Shown: positions 1 through 13,031, counted from the stretch's first letter. The stretch is DNA of 64,000 nt from Felis catus (GCF_018350175.1 NC_058368.1:15440001-15504000); one strand, 5' to 3'. Numbers and translations: made by a program. The notes: generated by a model not told the origin, from the sequence alone.

Positions 1-50
1 GGGGCAAAACAAAATTTCAAATTGGCAATTAAAAAGTTCACACTCATGTA

Positions 51-667
51 TGGAGGTTCCTCATAAAACGAAAAATAGAACTACCTACGACCCAGCAATT
101 GCACTACTAGGCATTTATCCAAGGGATACAGATGTGCTGTTTCAAAGGGACACATGCACCCCCATGTTTATAGCAGCACTATCAACAATAGCCAAAGTAT
201 GGAAAGAGCCCAAATGTCCATCGATGGATGAATGGATAAAGAAGATGTGGTATATACACACAATGGAGTATTACTCAGCAGTCAAACAGAATGAAATCTT
301 GCCATTTGCAACTATGTGGATGGAACTGGAGGGTATTATGTTAAGCGAAATTAGTCAGTTGGAGAAAGACAAATATCATATGACTTCACTCATATGAGGA
401 CTTTAAGAGACAAAACAGATGAACATAAGGGAAAGGAAACAAAAATAATATAAAAACAGGGAGGGGGACAAAACAGAAGAGACTCATAAATATGGAGAAC
501 AAACTGAGGGTTACTGGAGGGGTTGTGGGAGGGGGGATGGGCTAAATGGGTAAGGGGCACTAAGAAATCTACTCCTGAAATCACTGTTGCACTATATGCT
601 AACTAATTTGGATGTAAATTTAAAAAAAATAAAAAATAAAACAAGTTAAAATTAAAAAAAAAAAAAG
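51..667 (+). mobile_element. 5'-truncated carnivore LINE-1 (ORF2 C-terminus, 3'UTR, poly-A)
   Basis: ORF 50..397 reads [12 protein letters not shown]...[14 protein letters not shown]...WIKKMW (L1 ORF2 end). A-tail to ~667. TSD AAAG(T/A)TCACACTCATGTA at 33-50 and 668-685. Confidence 0.95.
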
Positions 668-1646
668 AAAGATCACACTCATGTATTAATCTAAACTTCC
701 AACGTCATTCAAGTCACAACAGTTCCCCCTCTCTACACTGAATCATGTTCTGGGGGAGAAGGTGTTACCAGATTCCTCTCTCTTTCTAGCTACTATTTCC
801 CTTCTCAAGTTGGAAGGAAGAAAGAAGATTAGGGGAGCACAAAACATCCTTCTTGACTGGTGCTCTAAATCGGCCTTAACATTTTGAGTTTGGCTGATGT
901 TTGATGTTTGTATTTCTTCTGGATGCTTTTGTGGCTTCATGGAGTCCTAGTCCTTCATTCACTGCAGATTTTTCATCTGCACTTCATTTAATGCCAGTAA
1001 TACATTCTTCTCCAGCTTATCCTGACTCCTCGGCCACTAACAGTCTGTCTTTAGTTATTTTCCACTGACATCCCATCACTTCTCCAAGTGGCCCCAGTAC
1101 ACAGGACCTAAAATAAACCACAGTGGAGCATGAGAAATACACATGCTTTCTTTTCTCTGACAAACCTGGAGTCCAAGCTCATCTTTTGGTAGCCACCACT
1201 TCCTCAGCTCTGTTGTCATCAGCTGACTAGCCCATCATTATCTTTAGGTTTCTCAGAAGGGAGTTAGTTACCATTATACCATGACCTTTCAGTTTTAGGC
1301 AACACATATCAAGCTCTGTAAGTGATCCCTCTGTAGGTCTAAGAGATACATACTTTCCACTTCTTCTGATGGGGGAATAGGACCAACGCCACAACTCTTA
1401 CCAGAGAAACTTATTAAAAATCACTCTTTATCTCCAACAGCTCAACTCTGTGATACCCTCAGTGCGAGTGAGGGTTTTAATAGTGCAAAATATTTTGATA
1501 TAAATCTTTCTAGCAAGTTCTACCTGGTGGTCTAACTTTCAGTTCACTTTGATTTTTAACATCTGACAACATACTGTCTTGGCCAAAGCTACTATTTCAA
1601 CATTTCTACAACACACTTGCCTAAACACACATTCCATAAAACAGGG

Positions 1647-1839
1647 GTTTTAAGTTTATGTACTTATTTTGAGAGAGAAAGCACCAGTGGGGGAGAGGCA
1701 GAGAGAGGGAGAGAGAGAATCCCAAGAAGGCTCTGCACTGTCAATGCAGAGCCCAGCGTGGGGCTTGACCTCATGAATCGTGAGATCATGACCTGAGCCA
1801 AGATCAAACAGTCAACTGACTGAACCACCCAAGCACCCC
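1647..1839 (-). mobile_element. CanSINE
   Basis: Reverse GGGG..GGGTGGTTCAGTCAGTT head, CAGGTCATGATCTCA core, (CT)n and A tail. Probable TSD ATTCCA(T/C)AAAA. Confidence 0.9.
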
Positions 1840-2634
1840 TATTCCACAAAATACTTAATGCTAATTTTCTTTGGCCACTATGGCTTATTGGTGATTTATA
1901 TTTCTACAAATATTCAAAATAAATAGAATGTTATCTGGGATGTAAACCCAAACTTTTGTTTGAGCAGATGTAGAAAGTGGGGGAAGTTTCAGGAGCTCAC
2001 CAACATTTAAACTCTAGTTCTGTCCTTTAAATTCTTCTTATCTGTTGGTTGAACATGTTTCTCTTTAGGGACGGGCAGCTGTTCTCACATCATCATTATC
2101 TCCTACACTTGGTCTTGGTGTAAACTCTATCTCCAATCTCTTTCGAGGTCTCAGCTTCAATAAAATCTGTATCTTTCACAAATTTCAGCACAGGAAGACT
2201 TGCTATTTTGATTTATTGTTTTTGCTGTAGGATCATAAAAAAATTACAATGTGAAATTCAAAGATAACCAATGGTTTTCTTACTCTGGCTGCGTTTGCTT
2301 CCTCTCTAAAGGTAGTGGACATGGAAATATGGTTATGCACCCTAGATTTAGGGAAGAAGCATAGTGGTTACAAGGATGCCAAAGAGAAGAAACACTGTTA
2401 ATATTTCAAATTAATTTAGGTGTTTCCTGTAAGTTGACATGAAACTTTAGAGGATATATATGATCCTCTAAATACATGCACTAATAAGTTAACAACAAAA
2501 TAAATAATGTGCTATTTTAATTTCCTGGCATCAAATTGTAAGAAACTTCCTACTCAAGTTTGTCAGAATAAGGAAAAATTATCTCAAAATGTATTAACTC
2601 AATAATTAAATTAAAGACAGACTGAGATTTTCAA

Positions 2635-2750
2635 TGAGAAGTCCTGGTATCCAATTCTGGTTTCACAATTTGCTGGCTATATACTCCTAAGCAAAGTACT
2701 TAATATCTCTGAGACTCAGCTATCTCCACTGTAAAACAGATATTATAAAA
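2635..2750 (+). mobile_element. MIR fragment
   Basis: GCAAAGTACTTAATATCTCTGAGACTCAGCTATCTCCACTGTAAAA resembles the MIR core. Confidence 0.6.
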
Positions 2751-2760
2751 AAGTAGTCCA

Positions 2761-2975
2761 GGGGTGCTTGGGTGGCTCATTCAGTTAAACTCCAACTCTT
2801 GGTTTTGGCTCAGGTCATGATCTCATGGTTTGTGGATTCAATACCCATGTCAGGCTCTGTGCTGACAGTGTGGAGCCTGCTTGGGATTCTCTCTCTCCCT
2901 CTCTCTCTCTGCCCCTCCCCTGTTCTCTCTCTCTCTCTCTCTCTGAAAATAAATACACATTTAAAAATACAAAAT
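2761..2975 (+). mobile_element. CanSINE
   Basis: GGGGTGCTTGGGTGGCTCA head, (CT)n, AAAATAAA tail. Confidence 0.92.
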
Positions 2976-3434
2976 AATTTTAAAAGCAGTCGATAGTGTT
3001 CCTTGAATATTAAAATGTTCTTCTTCAGCATTGTTATTATTCCTATAAAAATACCAAGATTTAAAGGAAATGAGGCTATCTTCCAAACTATACTTTTCAC
3101 AGAAAGAGAGGCTGTGCAGGAGGCATGGGAAATGTGCTGGAGGCTGGAGGGTTATGTTAATGTATGTTAAATTATTCCTAATATAATAATAGTTAAATAA
3201 CGTAAACCTCCGATAGGTATTTATAACAAAAGAAAGGGAGCACAAAGGGAGAGGTGAGTGGAGGTGTTCCAGGACTTGGCCTCTGTTCTGGTGGGTACGA
3301 TATAAATGATGAAGCATGTGGGTCAAACAAGGCAACGACACCCTCCAGCTCTAGAAGCTAAGGGAGCAGAGGGTGTGGATAGACCACAGTCATATTCAGG
3401 TGGCTCACTAATTTCCCATGTCGTTTGGAATGCT

Positions 3435-3800
3435 TTTGGCAGCAAGTAACAGAAAGTCTCCACTCAACTGGCTTAAACCATGTAGAATTTATCATCTTAG
3501 ATGACAAAATGTGTGTGTGTGTGGGGGGGGGGGGGGGAAGGTAGATCATCTCCAGAGATGACTAATACAGCAATACAATGATTTAAAAAAAGCCATGACC
3601 ATTCCCAGTCTAAAAGCCTCATCCTCTGATGGGTTTCAGGTACCACATCCTTATGACAACATCCAGAATTAGAAACAAGAACCTTATCTCCCTTGGGTCT
3701 CCTTTTAAGATCCAGAAGGAAAAGTTTCCCAAAAGCTACCTGTGCAACTCTCCCTCCTGTGTATCACATTTTCAAGCCTTGGTCAATCACTGGTAAGAAC
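3435..3800 (-). mobile_element. Old MaLR LTR fragment (MLT1J/K-like)
   Basis: GCAAGTAACAGAAA...ACTCAACTGGCTTAAAC is a typical old MLT1 terminus. Interrupted by (TG)n and poly-G. Confidence 0.5.
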
Positions 3801-4120
3801 TATTACTGCTCTGGGGCAGTGATGGGACTCAACTCCCAGAAAAACAGCTGGCCACTCAGACAAAATCTGAATTTTGTAAGGAAGAGAAAGAGGGTTGTCA
3901 GGCAGGCAACGAGCATGGTTGCTCTGGCCTTGCCTTCCCGTGATCATGGAGATGGGGCTGAGGGTTCTGGAGCAGCCTTTCTGAGGCATCCCCAGCCCAA
4001 AGTTGTCTTCAGATATCTAAGGGTTCTTTTGAGGTAAACTGAGTAGGCATCATCTTTCAGAGATGTCTGGAAGAGAGTCCCCCACACTCAGAAAATCTCC
4101 CAACAAGAAAAATCTTTCCT

Positions 4121-4335
4121 GGGGCACCTGGGTGGCCCAGTTGATTGGGTGTGTGACTTCGGCTCAGGTCATGATCTCATGGTTTTTGAGTTCAAGCCCA
4201 GCACCAGGCTCTGTGCTGACAGCTTGGAACCTGGAGCCTGCTTCAGATTCTGTGTCTCCCTCTCTCTCTGCCCTTTCCCTGCCCACACTCTGTCTCTCTC
4301 TGTCTCAAAAATAAATAAACATTAAAAAAACTTTT
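4121..4335 (+). mobile_element. CanSINE (SINEC_Fc-like)
   Basis: Full head, core and tail. TSD AAGAAA(A/T)ATCTTTCC. Confidence 0.93.
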
Positions 4336-5239
4336 TTAAAAAAGAAATATCTTTCCCGTTGTCTCCAGACATATTATTTTTAAAAAGAGCAGAGCCTTTA
4401 ATTTCTCATAAACATTCACTGATTCTATATGGATATCATCCATATAGCACAACATGGAATTCAGTATTGATGGGGTTCCCTGGGGTTTCCTGTTAAGAAA
4501 ACCATCAAATACAAATCTTAGAGGATATATGTTGACTAGGGTAGTGCTCCAGGATGTTTGAACAACATGTATAAAAACATACTGGGTTTTGACTGTGGGA
4601 AGAAGGCAAAAGAACAATGGGTTACTGATAGGGTCACTGCCAGCTAGTGCCTTTGGGTGATTAGAGAAGGGCAACTCTTCTTCCTGGGGGGCAACCCCAC
4701 CAGAGTGTGTAGAGCCCAGGCTGCCCATGACCTGTGGCCATGGTTATGGAATGCTCCTGAGGGAAGTAAGTTTCCACTGAAAGAAGGAAAAGGTACTTAA
4801 AGAAAGAGTAGAAATGGGGAAAGTATCTTGTTTAGAGTTCATTTTGTTTCCTTCCATTGTAGTGATACATTTGCATCATCTAGCTGCATTGAGGTCCGAG
4901 TTTTATGAAGACTGGGGCTTGTACATATCTTTTTCACCCACGTGGCTCCTCTTAAGGCTACTTCCTAGACTTTCTTTTCCTCTTAACCAACATATTCTCC
5001 CTGGGTTAATTCACAAACTCCACCAGCTTCAATTCCTACATATCTACTAAGGACTCCTGGTTTGTAGATCCAGCCAACCCAGGGCTCTCTCCCAGACTCC
5101 AGACTCATCTATCAACCATCTGCTGGTGGCTCCACTTGGGGAATAGAAAGTGGCTTTAATGATTTCAGTGTATATTTCTGTATTTTCTAAATTTTCTAAA
5201 ATGTATTTCTATGATAATCATAAAAATAATGTTATTAGA

Positions 5240-5695
5240 AAGGGTACAGCACAGGGAATATAGTCAACGGTACTGTAATAGCATTGCATGGTGATAAATG
5301 GCAGTTACATTCGTGGCAAGCACAGTATAGCATATAGACTTGGAAATCGCCATGTTGTGCAGCGGAAACTGATGTAACGTGCGTGTCAACTATACTTGCA
5401 TTACAAAAAGAATATACTTAAAAAATGAATGTGATTATACTGGGGATATAATGTAAAACATGAGTATAGTTAACATTCCTATCTGGTATATTTGAAAGTT
5501 ATGACAGTAGACCCTAAGAGTTCTCATCACACAAAAAAAATCCCCCCCTTTTTTTTTCTTTTGTAACTATCAGGTGACGAATGTTAACTTATTGTGGTAA
5601 TCATTTCACAAAATATGTATGTCAAGTCTTTATGCTGTACACCTTAAACTTAGTCCTGCATATGTCAATTGTATGTTAATAAAGCTGGGGAAAAA
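5240..5695 (+). mobile_element. Two adjacent LINE-1 3'UTR ends (carnivore L1-like, then L1MA-like)
   Basis: AGGGAATATAGTCAA...TGTGTCAACTATACT, then GTGGTAATCATTTCAC...GTACACCTTAAACTT...AATAAAGCTGGGGAAAA. Confidence 0.8.
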
Positions 5696-5717
5696 ATTTA
5701 AAAATTAGAACAATGAA

Positions 5718-5940
5718 CTGACGCACCTAGGTGGCTCAGTCAGTTAGGTGTCTGACTTCGGCTCTGGTCATGATCTCATGGTTTGTAGGTTTGAGCCCCA
5801 CATCAGGCTCTGTGCTGACAGCTCAGAACCTGGAGCCTGCTTTGGATTCTATGTCTCCCTCTCTCTCTCTGCCCCTCCCCTGCTTGTGCTTTGTCTCTGT
5901 CTCTCGAAAACAAATAAACATTAAAAAAAATTTTAATTAA
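5718..5940 (+). mobile_element. CanSINE
   Basis: CCTAGGTGGCTCAGTCAGTT head, core, (CT)n, A tail. Confidence 0.92.
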
Positions 5941-6094
5941 AAATTAAAACAACAAACTAAATGATTTTAGGTAATGTGATAAGAATTATTCTGTCCCTTA
6001 CACCAAAAACAAAAAAAAAATGTTAAGTAAAAAATAAAATAGACATGAGAGAATGTTAAGTTACTCTTTATCGTAGAGCTGCTCTATGATAACT

Positions 6095-6285
6095 ATAGTG
6101 CTGAAGTATTGTACTTATTCTGACAATTTAATGCCCTTTACAACTGAAAAAAAGTGGGAATTATTATCTTCATGTACCAGAAGAAGAAACGGAGGCTTGG
6201 AGAGGTCATGGACACAGCTAACAAATTGTGGAGCTTGAATTGGAACCTAACACCATCTGGCTTCAAAAGCTCTGTTCTTTCTAGT
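6095..6285 (-). mobile_element. MIR fragment
   Basis: GAAGAAACGGAGGCTTGGAGAGGT...ACACAGCTAA...GGAACCTAA...TCTGGCTTCAAAAGC. Confidence 0.65.
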
Positions 6286-6564
6286 GCATGTCCTTTCCCA
6301 GAACCAGTGTAGATTCAGTGGGGAAGACAAAAACAAAGTAAAACAAAATTCAAATTATGCACATTTTCTAAAGTCTTTTATTTAATAGAACCTCATATTT
6401 AGTATCCTTCCTTGCTTTTTATTCTCAAGTGTTAGCCTTCTAATGTCCTCCAAATATTTGACAGAATGAGCTGGAAGACCACATTATACCTCCTTGCTCT
6501 TTTTAGGCAACAGCCATAGACTATCTTTACTGTTCAACTTGAAATTCTATGACTATTATTATTA

Positions 6565-6767
6565 CTTTTTAATGTTTATTTATTTTTGAGAGCAAGACAG
6601 AGTGTGAGTAGGGGAGGGGCAGAGAGAGAGGGAGACAGAGAATCCGAAACAGGCTAGAGGCTCTGAGGTGTCTGTCAGCACAGAGCCCATGCGGGGCTTG
6701 AACTCATAAACTGTGAGATCATGACCTGAAGTCAGACGCTGAACTGACTGGGCCACCCGGGCACCCC
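6565..6767 (-). mobile_element. CanSINE
   Basis: Reverse SINE with TSD TATGACTATTATT on both sides. Confidence 0.93.
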
Positions 6768-6964
6768 TATGACTATTATTTTTAACTTAAAAAATAATCT
6801 ATCCCATCATTCCAATGCATGGATGACTTTCATAAAACTGTACTACTATTGATATATTGGGATTATGAGACCTTGACCTGTATTTCTAGGTGCCCTAAAA
6901 CTATTCTAAACATTTACTGAAATTTCAAAAGGGGACTTTGACTGATTAAGCAACTATACAACTC

Positions 6965-7700
6965 CTTAACAGTTCAGAAATATTTACTGAGCATCCGCAA
7001 TGTGTCAGGCACAGTGCATGGGGGGGGGGGGGGCGGTTATAAAGATGAAGAAGACAAAGTGCATATTCTTTGCCATGGGAGGGGGCACCGAAATGGATAA
7101 TTGTGATATAACTCAGTAAGTGATTAAATTGAGGTCGTCCCTGAGGAAAAGACACGTATATTCCTGATGTTCGGTGAAATGTTTATAGGAAATGACAGCC
7201 AAGCCAAGTCCTGAAAGATGAGCAAACTAAAAATGTACATTTGGGAGTCATCAGCAGAGAGGCCACGAGGTGGATACATGAACAGAGAAAAGGCTACATG
7301 AACAGAGAGGTCCAGCAGTTGAGAAAGGAACTTTGGGGAGATCAAGAAATTGGGCATGGCCAGAAAAACGGGAACTATGAAAGAGGGAGTAAACAAGAGA
7401 AGAGAATGTAGAAGGAGAATTGGCAAGAGGTACTTCCCAGAAACCATGAGCATAGAAAATTCTAGAGAAGTAGGGAATAGCCTACAGAGACATTTAATAA
7501 CAAGGCAACTGAAAATTATTGTTCAGATTGGACATTATGATATTCATTGATGGTCTTCACCGAAGAAACTTCAGTCAGGAGGTACAGACAAGTGGCAGAT
7601 TATAGATACTGTAATGCAGAGATCAAGAAGTAGATATAGTCACTGTAGATTAACGTTTCAAGAAGCTTGGTTAAAGGGAAGGAGAGATGGGGGCAGTAAA
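6965..7700 (-). mobile_element. L2 LINE fragments
   Basis: AAATATTTACTGAGCATCCGCAATGTGTCAGGCAC (L2 3' end, antisense) and ATTTGGGAGTCATCAGCA. Confidence 0.65.
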
Positions 7701-8419
7701 CAGACAATGCAAGCTCGAGGGAGTTTTTTGGGCTTGATAACATTTACTTAAATCCATTTTTTTAATGGATTATGGGGGGGGGCAGGCAATGATGAGAAAA
7801 AGGTTGAAAATATAAGCTCCAAAAAGGTAATTGATGGAACAATGGCATTTGGAGAAAAGCGGTGGGGGCTGGCCTTGTGCAGGAGTAAGGACAGATCCTT
7901 TGAAACCAGAATGCAAGGATTATACAGTAAGTAAATTTGTAGATGGGAACGGGGGCAGCAAGTAGGAAGTGGGATAATCCAGGGAGAATGAGAAGTCTGG
8001 AGGTCAGGGACTAGGTAGGGAGCTGGAGGGTTGTGAAAGTTTGCAACAGGTGCCAAGTGGGAAACAAGTGGGAGAGCAAGGCTGACTCTGGGGAAAACTT
8101 CAGATGCATGATGGCAACAATCTTCAAAGTTGTGATTTAAAAAAAAAATTTTTTTTAGCAGTGTTCAGTTGCCCTAGGTAAGAGCAGAAGATTGTGGGAA
8201 TGGTGTGGGGCTGGTATTGTACCTCAGAAAAAAAGGCTGGTCTGAGCAGGAACTTGAATGAGGCTAGATGGGGCTGATGACCAGCTTTCAGGTGACTATC
8301 CACAGGGAATGTAATCAAGAACCAAGCACAATGCATCTGTGATACTCAAATCTTATCACAATGATCACTCTCCCTAAGTGTTACAGCCACCAGAAATCCC
8401 CCAAGATCAATTTTAATCA

Positions 8420-8572
8420 ACCCTAAGTACACATAAGAATTACACTGGGAGCTTCTAAAAAAGATAATACATAGATTCCAAAGACAACCATCTGGGATGA
8501 GAGCAGGGTAAAGGAATTTTTTAAAACACCCCGACATTTCTAATGTATACCCAGAGTTTGGAGCCAGTGGTT
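8420..8572. mobile_element. MER5-family hAT MITE
   Basis: AGAATTACACTGGGAGCTT...TTCTAATGTATACCCAGAGTTTGGAGCCAGTG. Confidence 0.55.
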
Positions 8573-8964
8573 TGGATAGCCAGCCTTTGATTATCCTTGT
8601 CAAGGGCAAGCTGGGAGAACGTTGCAGGGTCTGGGAAGGACATAGATAACTGAATTCTATAGACAACCCCAAATCTCATTTTTCACTGATGGCTTCAGCC
8701 TTTTTATTTTTTAACTAGGTGGTAATTAGCACCAAAATTGACTATTTTGATTTCCTTCCTTTATTTCTGTCATTCATGATAAGATAGAGGTGCTAATTAA
8801 CAGTGAAATGGCCTGAAGGCAGACAAAAGGCAATAGAAAAAAGGGAAAGAGAAAGTGTGTGGTCCTATAAATTGGATCTTCTTCACTGTAATAGCAGGGT
8901 TAATGCGCATTTGGTACTTCTTATTCGCCAGGCTCCACCCTTAGAATTCCACAAATAACTCGGT

Positions 8965-9130
8965 TCTTCTCAGAACAATTCTGTGAGGCAGCTAGATTCT
9001 TTTCGTATGCCCATTTTACAGCTAGGGAAGCTGCAGCTCAAAGATGATACTACAGAGAGTCATAAAGCTAGCCAGTGGTGGGGGTGAAACTGCAGCCAGG
9101 TTCTCTGATTCCACAGTCCTCTCTTAACCC
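8965..9130 (-). mobile_element. MIR
   Basis: ACAATTCTGTGAGGCAG...CCCATTTTACAGCTAGGGAAGCTGCAGCTCA...GGTTCTCTGATTCC. Confidence 0.7.
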
Positions 9131-9427
9131 GTGAACATATGTGTTCAAGAAACCAGTAAACTCACTGAGAAAGGGAGGTGAATATATTAAAGAAAGGAAA
9201 AGTATGAGAATGCTGTGGTTGTTCAGTAAGTCTAAGAAATATGTTTCTGAATGGATCATGAGTGCTAATTTTTTTCTGTCTATATTGCTGATTCACAACC
9301 TTTAAATTCACTCTAAAGATATTACTTTTTCTGATGCAAAGCTAGTTTTTCATTAAATATTTCAGTACCTGAAATAACACTTTTTGATGTTATTTGGTAA
9401 TACAATCTACCTTAAAACTAAATCCCT

Positions 9428-9635
9428 GGGGGCCCCTGGGTGACTCAGTGGGTTAAGCATGCAACTCTTAGTTTTGGCTCAGGTCATCATCTCCGTTCCT
9501 GAGATCGAGCCCTGTGTTGGGCTCTGCACTGACAGTGCAGAGTCTGCTTGGGACTCTCTCCCTCTCTCTCTATGACCCTCCCCTGCTCTGTCTCTCAAAA
9601 TAAATAAATAAACATTTAAAAACAAAACAAAACAG
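9428..9635 (+). mobile_element. CanSINE
   Basis: Head, core and tail. TSD AAAACTAAATCCCTGG. Confidence 0.92.
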
Positions 9636-10097
9636 AAAACTAAATCCCTGGGTGAAGTGGTGGATAGATTATTGCTACTACACTAAACACACCTGCTTAA
9701 AAGAACAGATTAAAAGTAATCTTTCCACAGTCTCCATTTGCACAGTTTTTCTCAATAATAAAAATCCCATCTTGCCTACCTCATTTGTATTCATTGCACC
9801 TATCAGGTAACAACCTCAATTCAATTAGGGTTTTATTAAACCCTCCTTATAGAGTTAGTTCTGTATCTCTCAAAATGTCAGGATCTACTGTCTCAGTGCG
9901 AACTGTCTACAGTCAGTTTATTGGTGACCCTAGGTGTTCATGGTGTGGTTCGCTTTCCTTCATGTCAATTAAATTACTTGCTGTATAAATCATCGCAAAT
10001 TGTCCCAGATGATGGAGATCTGGCAAATGTCAGAATGCTCATTCATATTTTTTCAACACTTATAGGAAGTAAAACATTCTATTTTGTGCATGGTTCC

Positions 10098-10099
<2 letters not shown>

Positions 10100-10150
<51 letters not shown>
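10100..10150. repeat. (CT)n microsatellite
   Basis: About 25 CT units. Confidence 0.95.
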
Positions 10151-10155
<5 letters not shown>

Positions 10156-10368
10156 AAATCTTTTTTAACGTTTATTCATTTCTGAGAGACAGAGACAGAG
10201 TGTGAGTGGGGGAGGGGCAGAGAGAGAGGGAGACACAGACTCTGAAGCAGGCTTCAGGCTCCATACTATCAGCACAGAGCCTGATGCAGGGCTTGAACTC
10301 ATGATCTGTGAGATCATGACCTGAGCCAAAGTGGGATGCTTGACAGACTGAGGCACCCAGGTACCCCC
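10151..10368 (-). mobile_element. CanSINE
   Basis: Reverse SINE ending GGCACCCAGGTACCCC. Confidence 0.92.
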
Positions 10369-10377
10369 TGTCTCTCT

Positions 10378-10602
10378 CTTTTTTTTTAAATTATTTATTT
10401 ATTTTGAGAGAGAGAGACAGACAGAGAGAGAGAGTACATGTGTGTGTGTGAATCAGGGAGGAGCAGAGAGAGAGAGGAAGAGAGAGAATCCCAAGCAGGC
10501 TCCATGCTGCCAGTGTGGAGGCTGACTCGGGGCTCAATCTCACGAACCGTGAGATCATGACCTGAGCCAAAGTCAAACACTTAACTGACTGAGTCACCCA
10601 GG
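10378..10602 (-). mobile_element. CanSINE
   Basis: Second reverse SINE in tandem with the previous one. Confidence 0.92.
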
Positions 10603-10746
10603 GGCACTTAATACATGTAAAGTTCTTAGGCCAGATTTTCGTGCATGGTCAGCATTTAATAAATAACACATTTTTTTTTTCCCAAGGCCCTAGGATTGGA
10701 AGCCATCAAGTTCACCCAACAATTTAGTTGCTTAAAGCAGAACTCT

Positions 10747-10965
10747 AGGGTCGCCTGTGTGGCTCAGTCAGTTAAGTGTCTCACTCTTGGTTTCAGCTCA
10801 GGTCACGATCCCTTGGTTCTTGGGTTTGAGCCCCATGTCAGGCTCCATGCTGACAGTGTAGAGCCTGCTTGGGATTCTCTCTCTCCTTCTCTCTCTGTTC
10901 CTCTCCTGTTTGCTCACTCTCTCTCTCTCTCTCTCTCAAAAATAAATAAATAAGCTTAAAAAAAA
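10747..10965 (+). mobile_element. CanSINE
   Basis: Head, core and tail. TSD AGCAGA(A/G)CTCTA. Confidence 0.92.
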
Positions 10966-11714
10966 AGAGCAGAGCTCTAAACAAGGTGGCAGAACAGGCC
11001 CTGGTAGGCACAAGGGGCAAGAGATTCAAGGACCCCCAGCAGGAGACTTTGGCCTTCTTCTTACTAATATTTAGAGAGATCATATTTTTTCATTTCAAAG
11101 GAGCATCTTCTCCACCTACTGGTCCCATTCCCCTTCAGGAAGTTCATTTTCCTATTCCTCAGAACTGAAAGCTCCACATAAGCAGAGATAGTGTGTGTTT
11201 TATTCACCAATATGCACCCAGTAATTAGTCCAGTGTCTGGCACCCAAGAAGTAAGAAACAAAATATTGGTTAATCTGGAAGTCCCAGGGCAGGTAACGTA
11301 TTATCAGCTATTGACACGTTAGCTTAAATTAGACCATTCAGTTTAGTTCTGTCACCTGGTAGTTTTCAGTTGTGTACAGAGAGCGAAGAGATTGTGATGA
11401 GAGCAAGAGACAGTCAGGGGCAAGAATAAGATTGGGGGTTCCACGGTGTCCCATCTACAGGGCAGGCAGTTTTCTATAAAAACAAAAGATAGCACAGGGT
11501 TATGGGTCACCCAGGAGCAGCCAAAGGAATAGAGACCCAGTCGAGAGACTATAAATGCACAGAAGAGGAAAACTAAGACTGGAGAGTCTGGGGGAAGCAC
11601 AGTAGCCACAAATAGGTGAGATCAGTGTGTCAGCTGTGGAGAAACTGAAAGAGATGAGAGCAGAAAACAGAAGAAAAATATGTCATCACTTAACCAGAAA
11701 TGTCATTAAGTAGG

Positions 11715-12054
11715 TTTATTGGTCTGCTCAGGCTGCCAAAACAAAATATCACAGACTAGATAGCTTAACAACAGAAATTTATTCTCTCACAGTTCTAGAA
11801 GCTGGAAGTCCAAGATCAAGGTGTTGGCAGACTTGGTTTATCATGACGCCCTTCTCCTTAGTTTGTAGATGGCCACCTTTTCCCATGGCCTTTTCTCTCT
11901 GTGAGCACATCCCTGGTGTCAGTCTCTCATGTTGTGACTAGGCCCCCAATCCACTAGGGCCTCATTTAACCTTAATTACCTCCTTAAACTCCCTATCTCC
12001 AAACATACGCTTGCACATATAGATTGGGGCGGGAACACAATTTGGCCCATAACA
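11715..12054 (-). mobile_element. MaLR LTR (MLT1A/B-like)
   Basis: AACAACAGAAATTTATTCTCTCACAGTTCTAGAAGCTGGAAGTCCAAGATCAAGGTG...CCCATAACA. Confidence 0.85.
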
Positions 12055-12098
12055 CCGAGGTTTGCTGTGCTGTGCCTATGGGGGAACAAGGTCTACAT

Positions 12099-12284
12099 CA
12101 GCAGGTCTTAAAGTGTGGTCTTCTGTCCAACAGCATCAGCATCACCTAGGGATTTTTTTGGAAAGGCACATTTTGGGGCCTGCCCCACATCTAATGAACC
12201 AGAAACTCAGGATGGGGCCCAACAACCTGTTTCAACAAACCTTCCAGGTGACTCTGATACAGGCTAATGCTTGACTACTACTGA
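12099..12284. mobile_element. MER5A hAT-Charlie MITE
   Basis: CAG..CTTAAAGTGTGGTC..CAGCATCAGCATCACCT..CCTTCCAGGTGACTCTGAT..ACTACTG. Confidence 0.85.
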
Positions 12285-12699
12285 TCTAGAGTAAAATACC
12301 TACTCAAAAGCACTGGAAAAATGAAATTGGTCCTACATCCTAGTGAATGTGATGTGGTGGGAAAGGTACTGAAAAACAAATCTTCACGACCGCCATAGAA
12401 GGTAGGCAGGGATGATATCATGAAATCTGTTCTATGTGGGATGAAAAGCAGCACAGTTCCATAGCTGAATTACCCAAGGACACACATTACTGTACCAGAA
12501 TGGCAGCAGTGGGGCTCAGGTCTCCTGATTTAGTGCCAAGACACTCAACACTTCCCACCAATCTCCTCTGATACATCTAGTTCTACAAATGACAGCTTGT
12601 GGTCTCCCTAGGGCAGCTCTTTAAACAATCTGAATGTGACAAAGTCCTACATACGCATCAATTATCAATCAAATGATTATGTTTTTCCTTTTTTGTTTT

Positions 12700-12901
12700 T
12701 TTAAAAAAAAGCTTATTTATTTATTTTGAGACAGAGAGCGAGTGTGAGTAGGGGAGGGACAGAGAGAGAAGGAGAGAGAGAATCCCCAGCAGGCTCCACA
12801 CTGTCACTGCAGAACCCAATGCGGGGCTCAAACTCACGAACTATGAGATCATGACTAAGCCAAAGTCTGATGCTTAACCGATGGAGCCACCCAGCTGCCC
12901 T
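12700..12901 (-). mobile_element. CanSINE
   Basis: Reverse SINE head, core and tail. Confidence 0.9.
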
Positions 12902-13031
12902 CAAATTATTATCTTTTTCAAATGAAAATTTCTATCTAGCCATGACTTCATGGTCAAAATAGTAAAGAATAAATAGAGCACAAGTCATTAAAATTAACTT
13001 AGGGCTTCACGTTTATAATTGAAAATTGGAT

